From Prorocentrum cordatum (lineage: Eukaryota): a DNA stretch of 57,463 bases. The notes under the pieces were generated by a model. The model saw only the letters and a program-made list of their open reading frames with translations. It was not told the origin of the DNA and did not search any database. This document shows, one piece after another, positions 46,801 through 57,463 of this stretch (positions are counted from its first letter, which is position 1; each line of letters starts with the position of its first letter). The translations under genes and the position numbers were made by a program. The stretch covers positions 62,001-119,463 of the forward strand of contig CAUYUJ010000022.1 of assembly GCA_963575745.1 (NCBI GenBank), in the 5' to 3' direction.

Positions 46801-49800
46801 ACGGCTGAGCCCACGGCCTGGTCGCCTCCCGCGGCGCCGGCCAACGATGGGACCATGGCTTGCGACCCCCGTTCTATCATCGCCACGGAGGCTTCCAGGT
46901 TTCATGCGCCATGCCTCTATCGACCCCCGACCCCCCCACCCATCGGGGCTTCGCCCCCAAACCCTGAGCTGAGTTCCCCAAAGTTGATGCGGTGAGCACT
47001 TGCAGTGGTGAATGCAAATCTCGATCGGCGGTCAGCGCCGACGGCTTCCATTTGCAGCAGTTCGCATGGCTCCCGGATGAATGCCTGGAAGCCCTCCTGC
47101 CTCTGCTCAACGTGATGGAAGTGTCGCCCCTTCTCCCGTTCCAAATCCAGTTGGTTGTTTCGATGATGCCCCCGAAAGCTTCCGGGGGCTTCCGACCAAT
47201 TGTTTTTCGGGCCCATTCGTCTGCAGGGGGGTGCCAGACGGCCGCCGCTGGCGGTCAAGTTGGGGCGGGCGCACCAGAGGCCATGGTTTGCTGCTGGAAA
47301 GTGCACGGGGGCGGCCGATGCAGCCTGGCGACAAGCACTCCTGTCGGAATGAGGGGTTGCAGCTGTGCAGTGCTCGGCCACCCCCCTGCGGGACTTCCAC
47401 AAGTATTATGGATCTCTGTCGTCCGAGCGGGCATTCGAACGATGCAGGCTGCATGGCTTCCCGCTTGGCGTGGCCAAGCTAGCCTGCCAGGGCTACCGTG
47501 CGCCCAGTTACATCAGCCTGCAAGGCATGTTGAGCGTGCCTTTGTGGGCCTTGCGAGGCGCGGTCGCAGGCTGCCCTTTCGCGACGGCGCTCATTCGCGC
47601 GAACTCGCTGGCGGGCATGGGCTCCAGCGTCTAGCACAGTTGCATCCGTTGCAGCCCGTGCGTCGATGATAACGGCATCCGCGGTCAGGGGGTTGTTCAG
47701 GGCGCCCAGGACCTTCTGGAAGTTGTGCGCGAAGATATTGGTGCGACCTCGGCCGAAGATAAAGCCGCTCTCCTCGCCTCGAATCTGGCCCGGGGGCTTG
47801 GCGCCCAGAGCCGGATGGAATCGGCCCTGCCTGGCCCCGTTGCCCCCGCGGTGCCAGACTTCGGAGCTGGCGGTTCGGGAAGACAATCTCTCCGACGCAA
47901 GGGCCTCCTCTCAAAGGCGAAGAAGGGGAAGCAGGAAGCTCGTGCTAGGACGAGGAGGCTTTTCCGTCTGACGGCGGGCAGCGTAGATCGCAGGGCTTGC
48001 TCGGCGCGGGTCTGGCCCTCTCCCTGCTTCGACCCACGCTGCCGAGATCCACGGGGTCTCTGACTGCGAGCTGCTTTCTCTGCGCAGGTCGTTCTGCTCA
48101 ACGTTGAAGCCCAGTGCGGGCGACAGGTCCCCCTCGATCCTGCTGCGTCTCGAGCAGGGCCCACCCTGGCTGGTGCAAATTGCGCGCATTGTTAGGTGGT
48201 CCAAGGAAGTTTGGAATTCCAGGCTCCAGGTCCACCAGGCTGTTCTTCCTCTCTCCACCCTTCGGGATTCCTGGAATGAGATGTTTGCCAAACCTCTCAT
48301 GACGTGGAGGTCTGCGTCGGGCCCGGGGCCCGCGACGAGGAAATCTTTTCAACGTATAGGATGGGAAATGCCCGACTTCGCCACCCTTGTCACTGATCTT
48401 GGCCACGCTGTCTCGCTCGCGGAGCACTCCCCTGCCATGGTGCGGCAGCGCCTGTTCGAGGCGGCCCTGCGCGTGCAGGCAGATAGGTGACAATAACGCT
48501 TTCCCCAACAGGGCTTGCTTCGATTTTGTGCCGAGGCACCGGGCCCCCAACAAGTATCCCGCAGCAGAAGGCCGCGCTCCGCATTGTCGCGGCTGGAGGC
48601 CTGCGGACCAGAGTTTACGCTCGCGTGGAAGACTACCAGTACCCTGGTGAGCGCCGGCAAGGTTGCGGCGCGCGTGACACTTTGCTCCGCAGGATATGGA
48701 AGTGCCCTAAGTCGAACGATCAGCGCGTCGAACTCGCAGGCCAGGATGTAGTAGGCGAGCTCGCCAGTTTTGTCACCAACAGGAACCTTTTATTCGCCGT
48801 CACGAGAGGAGGTTTTCCGCGCCCAGGAGACGCGTGCCCCGCCCCGCTGTCGGAAAGGTCTCGGCCCGCGGAATGGACTGCGGAGGATCTCCGCCCCCCG
48901 CCCCCCCGACCCTTACGAAATCGAGGGCGACATTTTTGTCGACGGCTCTTGCTCCAAACATCTTGTCAAAGAGCTGCGTCGTTGAGCTACTTTGAGAACG
49001 GAGCCCGACAATGCGAAGTCAAATGCCTTGCCCATGCTCCGTTGCGCCAGACGCCGCAGGGTGCGGAGTTCAGCGCCTTCGCTGGTTCTGTCACGCGCTT
49101 GTGAGGGCCGTCTGTAATTTCTCCGACGGATTAAACGTTATCTAGCAGTTCGACAGTGCTGCCGAGGACTACGCGACTTTTCGCAAAGTATTTGCTGACC
49201 ACGCCTTGCAGGCTAAAGCGGGCGACGACGCTCGCCACCTGGAGGGGGCTGCAAAATATTATGGCGCACCACTCCCTCCAAGTGCCAGGTATCTCGCCCT
49301 ACGAGCTGTGCAGAAGGACAGGGAACCATCTGGCCGACCAAGGTGCGAAGACTGCGAGTTGCTGGCCACTGTCGGCGAGCAAATTTGGTTTGTTAACGCG
49401 TTCTGTCAGCTGGCCATGAATTTAATTCCGATGTTTCCAACCCTCAAGTCCGAGGGGCCAGTTGAATACATTCCAGCGCCAGAGCAAGAGAGAGCCCCTC
49501 CCGTCCAGTGTTCCTTCCCGTGGGTTGCTGAGCTTCGGCCCTGCGAAAAATCGGGGGTCGTAAGACCCGGGTTTGCCAGGACTCGGGTTCGCCATCGTTT
49601 TTTGGCGACTGCGCCTCGGATTTTGACGAGGAGGAGATTCGTGGGATGTCTGCAGCGGGAGGCCTCGTCAAAATGCAGGCTCGGCCTCGTCATTTTTTTG
49701 ACGACCTCGTCGGGGATTTCCGAGTCCCCCGTGCCCGGGTTTTGCGTCTCCCCGAAAAAAGAGGCCCCGCGCGACCCGCAAGCCGGATTTGTTTTGCCCT

Positions 49801-50500
49801 CGCGCCCTCTCGACGGAGAGCCGCCGAGGCCGCCGCCGCGCAGATGCGCAGGAGGGGTGCGTGATTCAGACATTGCCCGCCTCGGACGCCCAGAAGACCG
49901 CCGTCTTCGAGCGTCGGGAAGCCGAAAAGAGGAGAACCCCAAAATTCACCAAAAACCAATAGAAAATTCATGATTGTTGCATCTTGGGGCTTCTTGGGAG
50001 TGCTCTTGGAGGCCTCTTTGGGCTCCTCAGGCACAGCGTCGTCAGCGTTGCATGCTCCGAAATTTCAATGCTGTTCGCGTGCCTGCACTGTCCCGCGTTC
50101 ATGAACACAGGTTCCCCGCTCAAGGGCAACCTGTACATGCAGAGGTGTCCAGGAAAGAAAAGTGTCCGACAACTCTGGGGGGGGACACGCGTCTTGAGGG
50201 GAATACACCCGCAGCACGGAATGGATCATATCAAAGTGTTGGCAGATGAGTTTGACAATGCTGCGCCAGAGGTGGCGCACCAATTCGGAATTCAGAATCC
50301 GGAGTCAAGTCGGATTCTGGAGGCTGCTCTTGAGGCCCGTGCAAAGCGTTTGTATCGCGCTGCTGGGTCTAGCTCGGTCTCCCTCGGCCCTTCCAGCGCC
50401 AAAGATTCCCGCAGCTCTGTTCATTGATCCTCCACTTCGCGTCGGCACCTGCTCGCTACCTCTTGCCGTTGATCCACCACAGCAGCTGAAGCCTCCTGGC
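43810..50500 (+). mobile_element. Near full-length decayed LINE: ORF1, APE endonuclease, RT, RNase H and C-terminal Cys motif; interrupted by a ~0.5-kb insertion at ~49520-50020
   Basis: APE: AANVSGW, VVCLQEHRL, WLVGGGFN, TNDSFI. RT: PKASGGFRPI, DFHKYY, GAVAGCPFAT, CVDD. RNase H: IFVDGSC, QTPQGAEF, GNHLADQGAK. The C-terminal LFACLHC..RC..GIHP at ~50065-50210 parallels the end of the 28-31 kb element. Confidence 0.9.
43966..45234 (+). pseudogene. LINE ORF1 (RanBP2-like zinc finger plus coiled coil) with one in-frame TGA at 44464-44466
   Basis: WACVFCPCMKNPHYASACNHCG finger, a Gly/Pro linker and a heptad-rich helical region. ORFs 43966..44466 and 44536..45234 share a frame. Confidence 0.8.
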
Positions 50501-51917
50501 CAAGAAAAATCCTCCTCCTCCTCCTCCTCTTCCTCCTCCTCCTCCTCTTCCGCCCCCTCTTCCTTCTCCGCCCCCTCCTCTGCATCTTTTCCTCCTCATC
50601 CTCCTCCTCCTCCTCCTCCTCCTCCTCCTCCTCCTTCTCCTCATCATCACCATCATCATCTCGATCCTCGATCCTCTTAGCAGAATCTCCGATGAGGAGG
50701 GGGTCTCGGCCGAAGGCTCGCGGGTGGCTACGCGTGGCGGCTTCGGCCGATGGAAGCACGGGGCGGGCGGTGCTAGATCCCTCGGGCGTCCATGATTTTG
50801 CTCCTCCTCCTCCTCCGCCTCCTCCTCCTCCTCGTCCTCCTCCTCCTCCTCCTCCTCCTCCCTCCTCCTCCTCCTCCTCCTCCCTTCCGCCGCCTCCACT
50901 CCTCCTCCTCCTCCTCTCCTCCTGCTCCTCCTCCTCCTCCTCCTCCTCCTCCTCCTCCTCCTCCTCCTCCTCCCTCCTCCTCTCTCTCTCCGCCCCCTCC
51001 GCCTCCCTCCTCCTCCTCCTCCTCCTCCTCCTCCTCCTTCTCGTCCTTTTCCTCTCCCGCCTCCTCCGAGTCCTCGTCATCCTCTCCCACCTTGCCAATC
51101 CCTACAGAATGACGGGATCCCGAGAAGACGCACAATAATCGTCCAGCCGCGGCGGGAAATTGAGGAGCACCGCGTAGCTCCCGCGTACGGGCGTGTTCCC
51201 GGCAGCCGGTCGAGCGACGCCACTTTTCTGCCATGCGAGCAGGGTGCCCTGCGGCGGGGGAGGGGGTGGGGGAAGTGAGCGCGCACCTCACGAGCCACCA
51301 CCCACCAAGCCACCCCGGCCCATCCCTGGAGGCTCCACTTCGGCCTCCATCTCTCCAGCGGGGGGGGGGCGTCGGGGAACACCGAACAAAAACACGTGTC
51401 GAGCCCGTGCCCCCCCCAGAGGAGACGCGTTGTTTGACTACTTTTGGTTTTTGCATATGTTTTGGCTATTTCTTTTTTTCGTTCAGAATCCGCCGGTAGG
51501 AGGACATACCCGACCTAACACGAGCCGGGCGCTGCTGGACTGGAGGCCTCCTAGGTAGGTTCGGAGTGGATTTGACAAACAAATGCCATGAACATAATTT
51601 GTTGGCGCTCCGCGCGGATATCTTTGATCCGCGCTGGGCTCCCCAGGCGGCGCCTCTAGGGCCGCCCCTGGCGAGCTCCACGCGCCAGGGAGAGGGGTCC
51701 AGCGCAGATCCAAGAAATTCGCGCGGAGTCTCGGCCAAAGGCTCGCCGGTGGCAACGCGCGGCGGCTTCGGCCGAGGGCCCCCAGAGATAACGTATCGGA
51801 TAATCAGGACGAAGGTTTGTCACCTTCACCTTATCCCCCCACTCTAGAAAAGCCCTTGCCAGGCCCCAGGATCGTCAGAAAACGATTCGAGATGATGAGA
51901 AGCTGGTCCTGGAGATT

Positions 51918-52147
51918 CAGGCCTCCCAAATAGGGTCGCTGTAGATGGGATCGGAGGATCGCGCCGCATCGCCGATGCATCACCGATGCGGATCGATGTG
52001 AAGCCCGATTTGCTTCAGGTCGACGTCGCCGATGCATCGCCGATGTCGACGTGGCATCGCCGATGCATCGCCGATACATCGCTGATGTATCGGCGATGCG
52101 ACGCGATCCTCCGGCCCCATCTACTGCGACCTTATCTGGGAGGCCTG
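51918..52147. mobile_element. Long imperfect hairpin element (~70-bp arms)
   Basis: CAGGCCTCCCAAATAGGGTCGCTGTAGATGGGATCGGAGGATCGCG pairs with CGCGATCCTCCGGCCCCATCTACTGCGACCTTATCTGGGAGGCCTG. Confidence 0.88.
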
Positions 52148-52723
52148 TATAGACGCTGGCCGACGCTATTCGACGCTGAATCGGCGCCAAGAAGATGCTG
52201 GACGCTAATCGCCGGCAAATCCGTGCCAACGCACTCGAACGACGGAGCTTCGAGGGCCTGCAAGAGGCTCCCGCTTGCTGTCGAACGTCGTCGTCGACGT
52301 GATCCGATCCGCCCCACCGCCTCGGAGCTCGTGTCCGAGATCGTGCATCGGGTGTTGCTAGAACTGCCCCCTGGGGCCCCAGGGATTCCACAATCGAGCG
52401 AAAGGCTGGGCGCACTGCCAAGGTGTCACGGTATCTTGTCGACGCCGCCGGCGCCCATCCTCAGCGGATAATAAAGGTACCCATGTCGCTACCCTTCGCT
52501 TGTTTTCACCTTTTTGGGCCTCTTGGGAGGCCCTCGTCGCCACAGCTGGATTCACTTCGAAATCTTGGTCAGAACGCACCCTGGGAGAGTTCCAGGGAGC
52601 AGCGGTATCGGTACATTCTGGTTTCCCCAGAAGCACGACGGCAGCGGCACAGGTGTCACAGTATCTAGTCGACGCCGCCATCGCCGTTTCCCCTTCCGAG
52701 AACTGTAGGAGGATGAGGAGGAG

Positions 52724-53342
<619 letters not shown>

Positions 53343-53509
53343 GTCGTGGCTGAGCGGGGGCAGCTCGAGGCTCTCGCCGTGGGTCATCAGTTTCCGACGT
53401 CCTCCGCCGCGCAGGGTGCGTCGCACGAGCTCCGCAGATTTTCGGAATGTGGTTCTGCTCGGTTGGTTCGACCGTCGGCCGGACACCGTTTCGCCGCCGC
53501 CTGCTTTCT

Positions 53510-53755
53510 AGGCCTCCCAGATGCGGTCGGGGTTCGCAGGATCGCGCCGCATCGCCGATGCATCGGCGATGCATCCATCGGCGATGCGGCTCGATGTGGG
53601 GCCACGTGTTCTCCACGCCGACGTCGCGGATGTATCGCCGACGTCGCCAGTGCATGGCCGATGCATCGCCGATGTATCGCCGATGCATCGCCGAAGTATC
53701 GGCGATGCGGCGGGATCTTCCGACCCCATCTACTCGCACTTCATCTAGGAGGCCT
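53510..53755. mobile_element. Third copy of the GCCGATGCATC hairpin element
   Basis: AGGCCTCCCAGATG ... CATCTAGGAGGCCT termini, with a loop related to those at 14376 and 51986. Confidence 0.85.
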
Positions 53756-55632
53756 CTATGAATGCCATCTCTACCACACTGCAGGGGAGGCCGCGGGTAA
53801 GAAGAAGGGGCGATACTTGTCGTTGCCCCGCAAGAGTTCGAGGCCTTCAGAGCGGCCCTCAGCAGCATGCCAACACGCCCGCACAGTATGCTAGTATGCC
53901 TCCTCTGTCTGATGCTTCCCAGCCATACCGCTGGCTGAAGCCAAGGCTCTAGTCCAGATAACATCAGACCCGTGGAATCTAAGAAGGAACAAACTGCAAA
54001 AACATATGTTTGTTGGCGCCCCGCGATCTGCCTTCTTCTGTGGAAGTTAATGTCCACAGCTTCTCCTTATGTGGACAATGCTTCACTTTTCGTCCAAAAT
54101 CCGCCTGTGGGGGAACAGGCCCGACCTAGAGCTGCTGGCGCTCCTCCTTCCCATCCTCCTTCCGCCCCCCGCGCCCGCCATCCGATGCACGTGGGGGGCG
54201 ATATAGAGAGGCCGTGGCGCGCGCCTTCTTGGGGAGCGGGCCAGGGAACGTCCTCTCGAGCGCCTCCCTCCTCTTCCCCTTCTGCAGCCTGCTCTGGCCT
54301 CCGCTGGCCGCCGCCTCCCCCCTTCCTCGCCCGTGGCGCTGCCCTGCTTCTCTTTGGCGGAGGCCCCGCACAGTCGACCCGCACAGTAAGGATGAGCGGC
54401 TTGTCCAAGGGTGCCCCTGCTCCTCCTCCTCCTCCTCCTCCTCCTCCCCCTCCTCCTCCTCCTCCTCCTCCTCCTCCCCTCCTCCTCCTCCTCCTCCCCC
54501 TCCTCCTCCTCCTCCTCCTCCTCCTCCTCCTCCTCCTCCTCCTCCAAAGGGGCGACAGGAGGCCTCCAGGTCCAGGGGTGCCCCTGCATCCTTCCCCGTC
54601 GGCCCATCTTTGGCCGCTGCCGCAGGGCCGCGGCCCGCTCGCAGAGTGTCGGGCATGGCCTTCCAATGCCTCTGCATCCTCATCGCGCATCCTTATCCTA
54701 CGGGCCGGCTGCAGTTCCGAAGCCGCGTAGAAGCTGCGCAGGGGGCCACGGCCATCGATCTTCGAGCATGGTTCGGTCCTCTGAGCACTTCACCAGTACA
54801 GCAGAAACTCGACCACAAGAAGCCTTCCACAAGAAACCCAACCCTGAGACCCCAGGACGTCCATGGATTTTCGGTGTGGCAGCGTCACGCTTTCCATCGC
54901 AAGAGCATCGAAACCCAAGAACTCCAGCGCACCCTGGAGGCAAGCAAGCAGGGTGGCACTTGGCATGGGCCTCCACTGCATTGACACAGACACCATCTCC
55001 AGGGGGGCCGCCCGTCCGTACTCCTCCTTTTCCTCCTGCTGTGGCGCTGCGAAAAACGAGGGGGCCATGGCCGAGATGTCGCGGGACCTCGTCGACGCGG
55101 ACCTTGCTCGTGAGGGCAGCCGCCCCCCTTCGCCGAGCGGCTCAACGCCGCGCGTCTCAGACCCAGACCTCCACCGCTCTGAAACATTCAAGCCGAAGGT
55201 TTTCAGTGTGAGCGGCCTCGGGACCGTCCATAATTGTAGAGAAACAGAGCAGCAGCGGATCTCGAGGTACCAATGAACTCCCAAAACTGACGGAGGGAGT
55301 CGGCGCCGATCTTGGTCTTGGTCCATGCCTGCCGTCGCCGATTCGCGATGATCCGCGAAGATCCGCGAACTGGCGTTGACCAAAATGGACGGGTTCGGTA
55401 GCAACTTGTGGGAGCTGTGAATGTCCTCGAATTTCAGTCTGTAGAATGCATTCGCGTTTGTTGGCGCCTGGCAGTCGATGAGAAGTCGCCGGCTCGGGGT
55501 CGACCCGGCGTCGATTTGGCGTCGGCGAGCGTCGATCCGCAAGAGCCAGCAGGATGACCTGGGATGCCCCCATCCACAGCAGCCGAGGACCAGGATCGGC
55601 ACCCGCGCTTCCGCGCCCAGCCCTGGTTCTGG

Positions 55633-57279
55633 TTAAGTCGGGCCTGTCCCTCTACAGGGGGAGTATTCAAAAATAGTAAAAAGATAGTCGGGGGACTCTT
55701 TTGGGAGTATTCTTTTGTTTGACCACTTTGGAGCATGTTTGGAGTTTTTTGTTCCCAACCCTCCTGCGTTGGGTTCTCGTTTTGAATAGAGCACTGCTCG
55801 CGCGAACCTTCCTTCCTTCCTTCCTTCCCGCCCCTCTCTTCCCCCTTAATTACCTTTTGCCTCGCTCGTCGCTGTGTGCCAGCTGGGGGGCTGCGATCTG
55901 TGAAACTGTCGCCACTTTCGAGGCCTGCTGGGGGGCCCAGCACAGTGTGCACCCGCGGCGGATTCAAATGGGACCTCGCCATCGCTGGGGGGCTGCGATC
56001 TGTGAAACTGTCGTCACGTTCGAGGCCTGCTGGGGGGCCCAGCACAGTGTGCACCCGCGGCGGATTCAAATGGGACCTCGCCATCCCTGGGGGGCTGCGA
56101 TCTGTGAAAACGTCGCCACTTTCGAGGCCTGCTGGGGGGCCCAGCACAGTGTGCACCCGCGGCGGATTCAAATGGGACCTCGCCATCCCTGGGGGGCTGC
56201 GATCTGTGAAACTGTCGCCACTTTCGAGGCCTGCTGGGGGGGGCCCAGCACAGTGGGTACACACGGCGGATTCAAATGGGACCTCGCCATCCCTGGGGGG
56301 CTGCGATCTGTGAAACTGTCGCCACTTTCGAGGCCGCTGGGGGGCCCAGCACAGTGTTCACCCACGGCGGATTCAAATGGGCCTCGCCACCCTGGGGGCT
56401 GCGATCTGTAAACTGTCGCCACTTCGAGGCCAGCTGGGGGGCCAAGCACAGTGGCACCCGCGGCGGATTCAAATGGGACCTCGCCATCCCTGGGGGGCTG
56501 CGATCTGTGAAACTGTCGCCACTTTCGAGGCCTGCTGGGGGGCCCAGCACAGTGTGCACCCGCGGCGGATTCAAATGTGACCTCGCCATCCCTGGGGGGC
56601 TGCGATCTGTGAAACTGTCGCCACTTTCGAGGCCTGCTGGGGGGCCCAGCACAGTGTGCACCCGCGGCGGATTCAAATGGGACCTCGCCATCCCTGGGGG
56701 GCTGCGATCTGTGAAACTGTCGCCCCTTTCGAGGCCTGCTGGGGGGCCCAGCACAGTGTGCACCCACGGCGGATTCAAATGGGACCTCGCCATCCCTGGG
56801 GGGCTGCGATCTGTGAAACTGTCGCCACTTTCGAGGCCTGCTGGGGGGCCCAGCACAGTGACCCACACGCAGATTCAAATTAGACCTCGCCATCCCTGGG
56901 GGGCTGCGATCTGTGAAACTGTCGCCACTTTCGAGGCCTGCTGGGGGGCCCAGCACAGTGGGCACCCACGGCGGATTCAAATGGGACCTCGCCATCCCTG
57001 GGGGGCTGCGATCTGTGAAACTGTCGCCACTTTCTTACCTCGCTCGTCGCTGCGTTTCGAGGGCTGCTGGGGGCTGCGATCTGTGAAACTGTCGCCACTT
57101 TCGAGGGCTGCTGACTTTGTCCCAAGTAGCTCGCATATCAAACAACGGATCCTGCAATTTGATTGTCCGTGCAAGTTTCGGCCAACTCTTCGTTTCCCAT
57201 GATACAAATGGGTTGGGTACGTCACAGGGTAATTATTGTTCGTCGTCACTCCCCCTGTAGGGGGACACGCCCGAGGTAA
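55633..57279. mobile_element. TIR-bounded non-autonomous element (same TIR family as 38806-38957) enclosing a 102-bp tandem array
   Basis: The left end TTAAGTCGGGCCTGTCCCTCTACAGGGGGAGT and right end ACTCCCCCTGTAGGGGGACACGCCCGAGGTAA are near-reverse complements. Both flanks contain GCCCAGCCCTGG. Confidence 0.7.
55883..57112. repeat. Homogeneous tandem satellite, 102-bp unit, ~11 copies plus a partial unit
   Basis: Unit GGGGGGCTGCGATCTGTGAAACTGTCGCCACTTTCGAGGCCTGCTGGGGGGCCCAGCACAGTGTGCACCCGCGGCGGATTCAAATGGGACCTCGCCATCCCT; period 102 (e.g. 55921 vs 56023). Confidence 0.98.
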
Positions 57280-57463
57280 GCCCAGCCCTGGCGGTGGTCG
57301 GGGCCCTGGCTTGCTTCCCCCCCGAAGGCCGCCCGGGGCGCGGCGGCCTCCTGGAGCTACAGCGAGGGGGCCACCTCCGGCTCGCTGCTGTAGGCTCCGA
57401 CGGGGGCGAACGCACCGCTGCCGAGGCCCCTCGGGCCTCCTCCTCCTCCTCCTCCTCCTCCTC

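Noticed and set aside
55883..57112. CRISPR array, or a protein with 34-aa repeats
   Set aside because: Units are whole-length near-identical with no unique spacers, there are no cas genes, and indels shift frames between units. It is a satellite.

Overview
Eukaryotic, GC-rich, repeat-saturated genomic DNA. It is most consistent with a core dinoflagellate such as Prorocentrum; this is an inference from GC3-rich exons, GC/GA donors with AG|G acceptors, a degenerate spliced-leader-like motif and the LINE types. Two multi-exon host genes are recognisable on the + strand: an FkbM-family SAM-dependent methyltransferase with an N-terminal signal (~2956-5610) and a GT29 sialyltransferase-like glycosyltransferase (37847-41203). 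A possible first exon of a third gene lies at ~43395. There are three decayed non-LTR retrotransposons: an RT-zinc-finger element carrying an intact extra 225-aa ORF downstream of RT (21.3-24.8 kb), an RT-RNase H element (28.1-31.8 kb) and a near full-length ORF1-APE-RT-RNase H element (43.8-50.5 kb). A probable LINE 5' end or retrocopy with an SL-like start sits on the - strand (33.2-34.3 kb). The rest is MITE/foldback families, tandem repeats (113, ~83, 249 and 102 bp units), long microsatellites and a 100-N gap. Most notably, most introns of the two genes are bounded by terminal inverted repeats plus short direct repeats, and several have no AG at the junction that protein homology requires, suggesting structure-defined non-canonical introner introns. 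Most ORFs in the supplied track are microsatellite or GC artefacts. No rRNA, tRNA or CRISPR array was seen.
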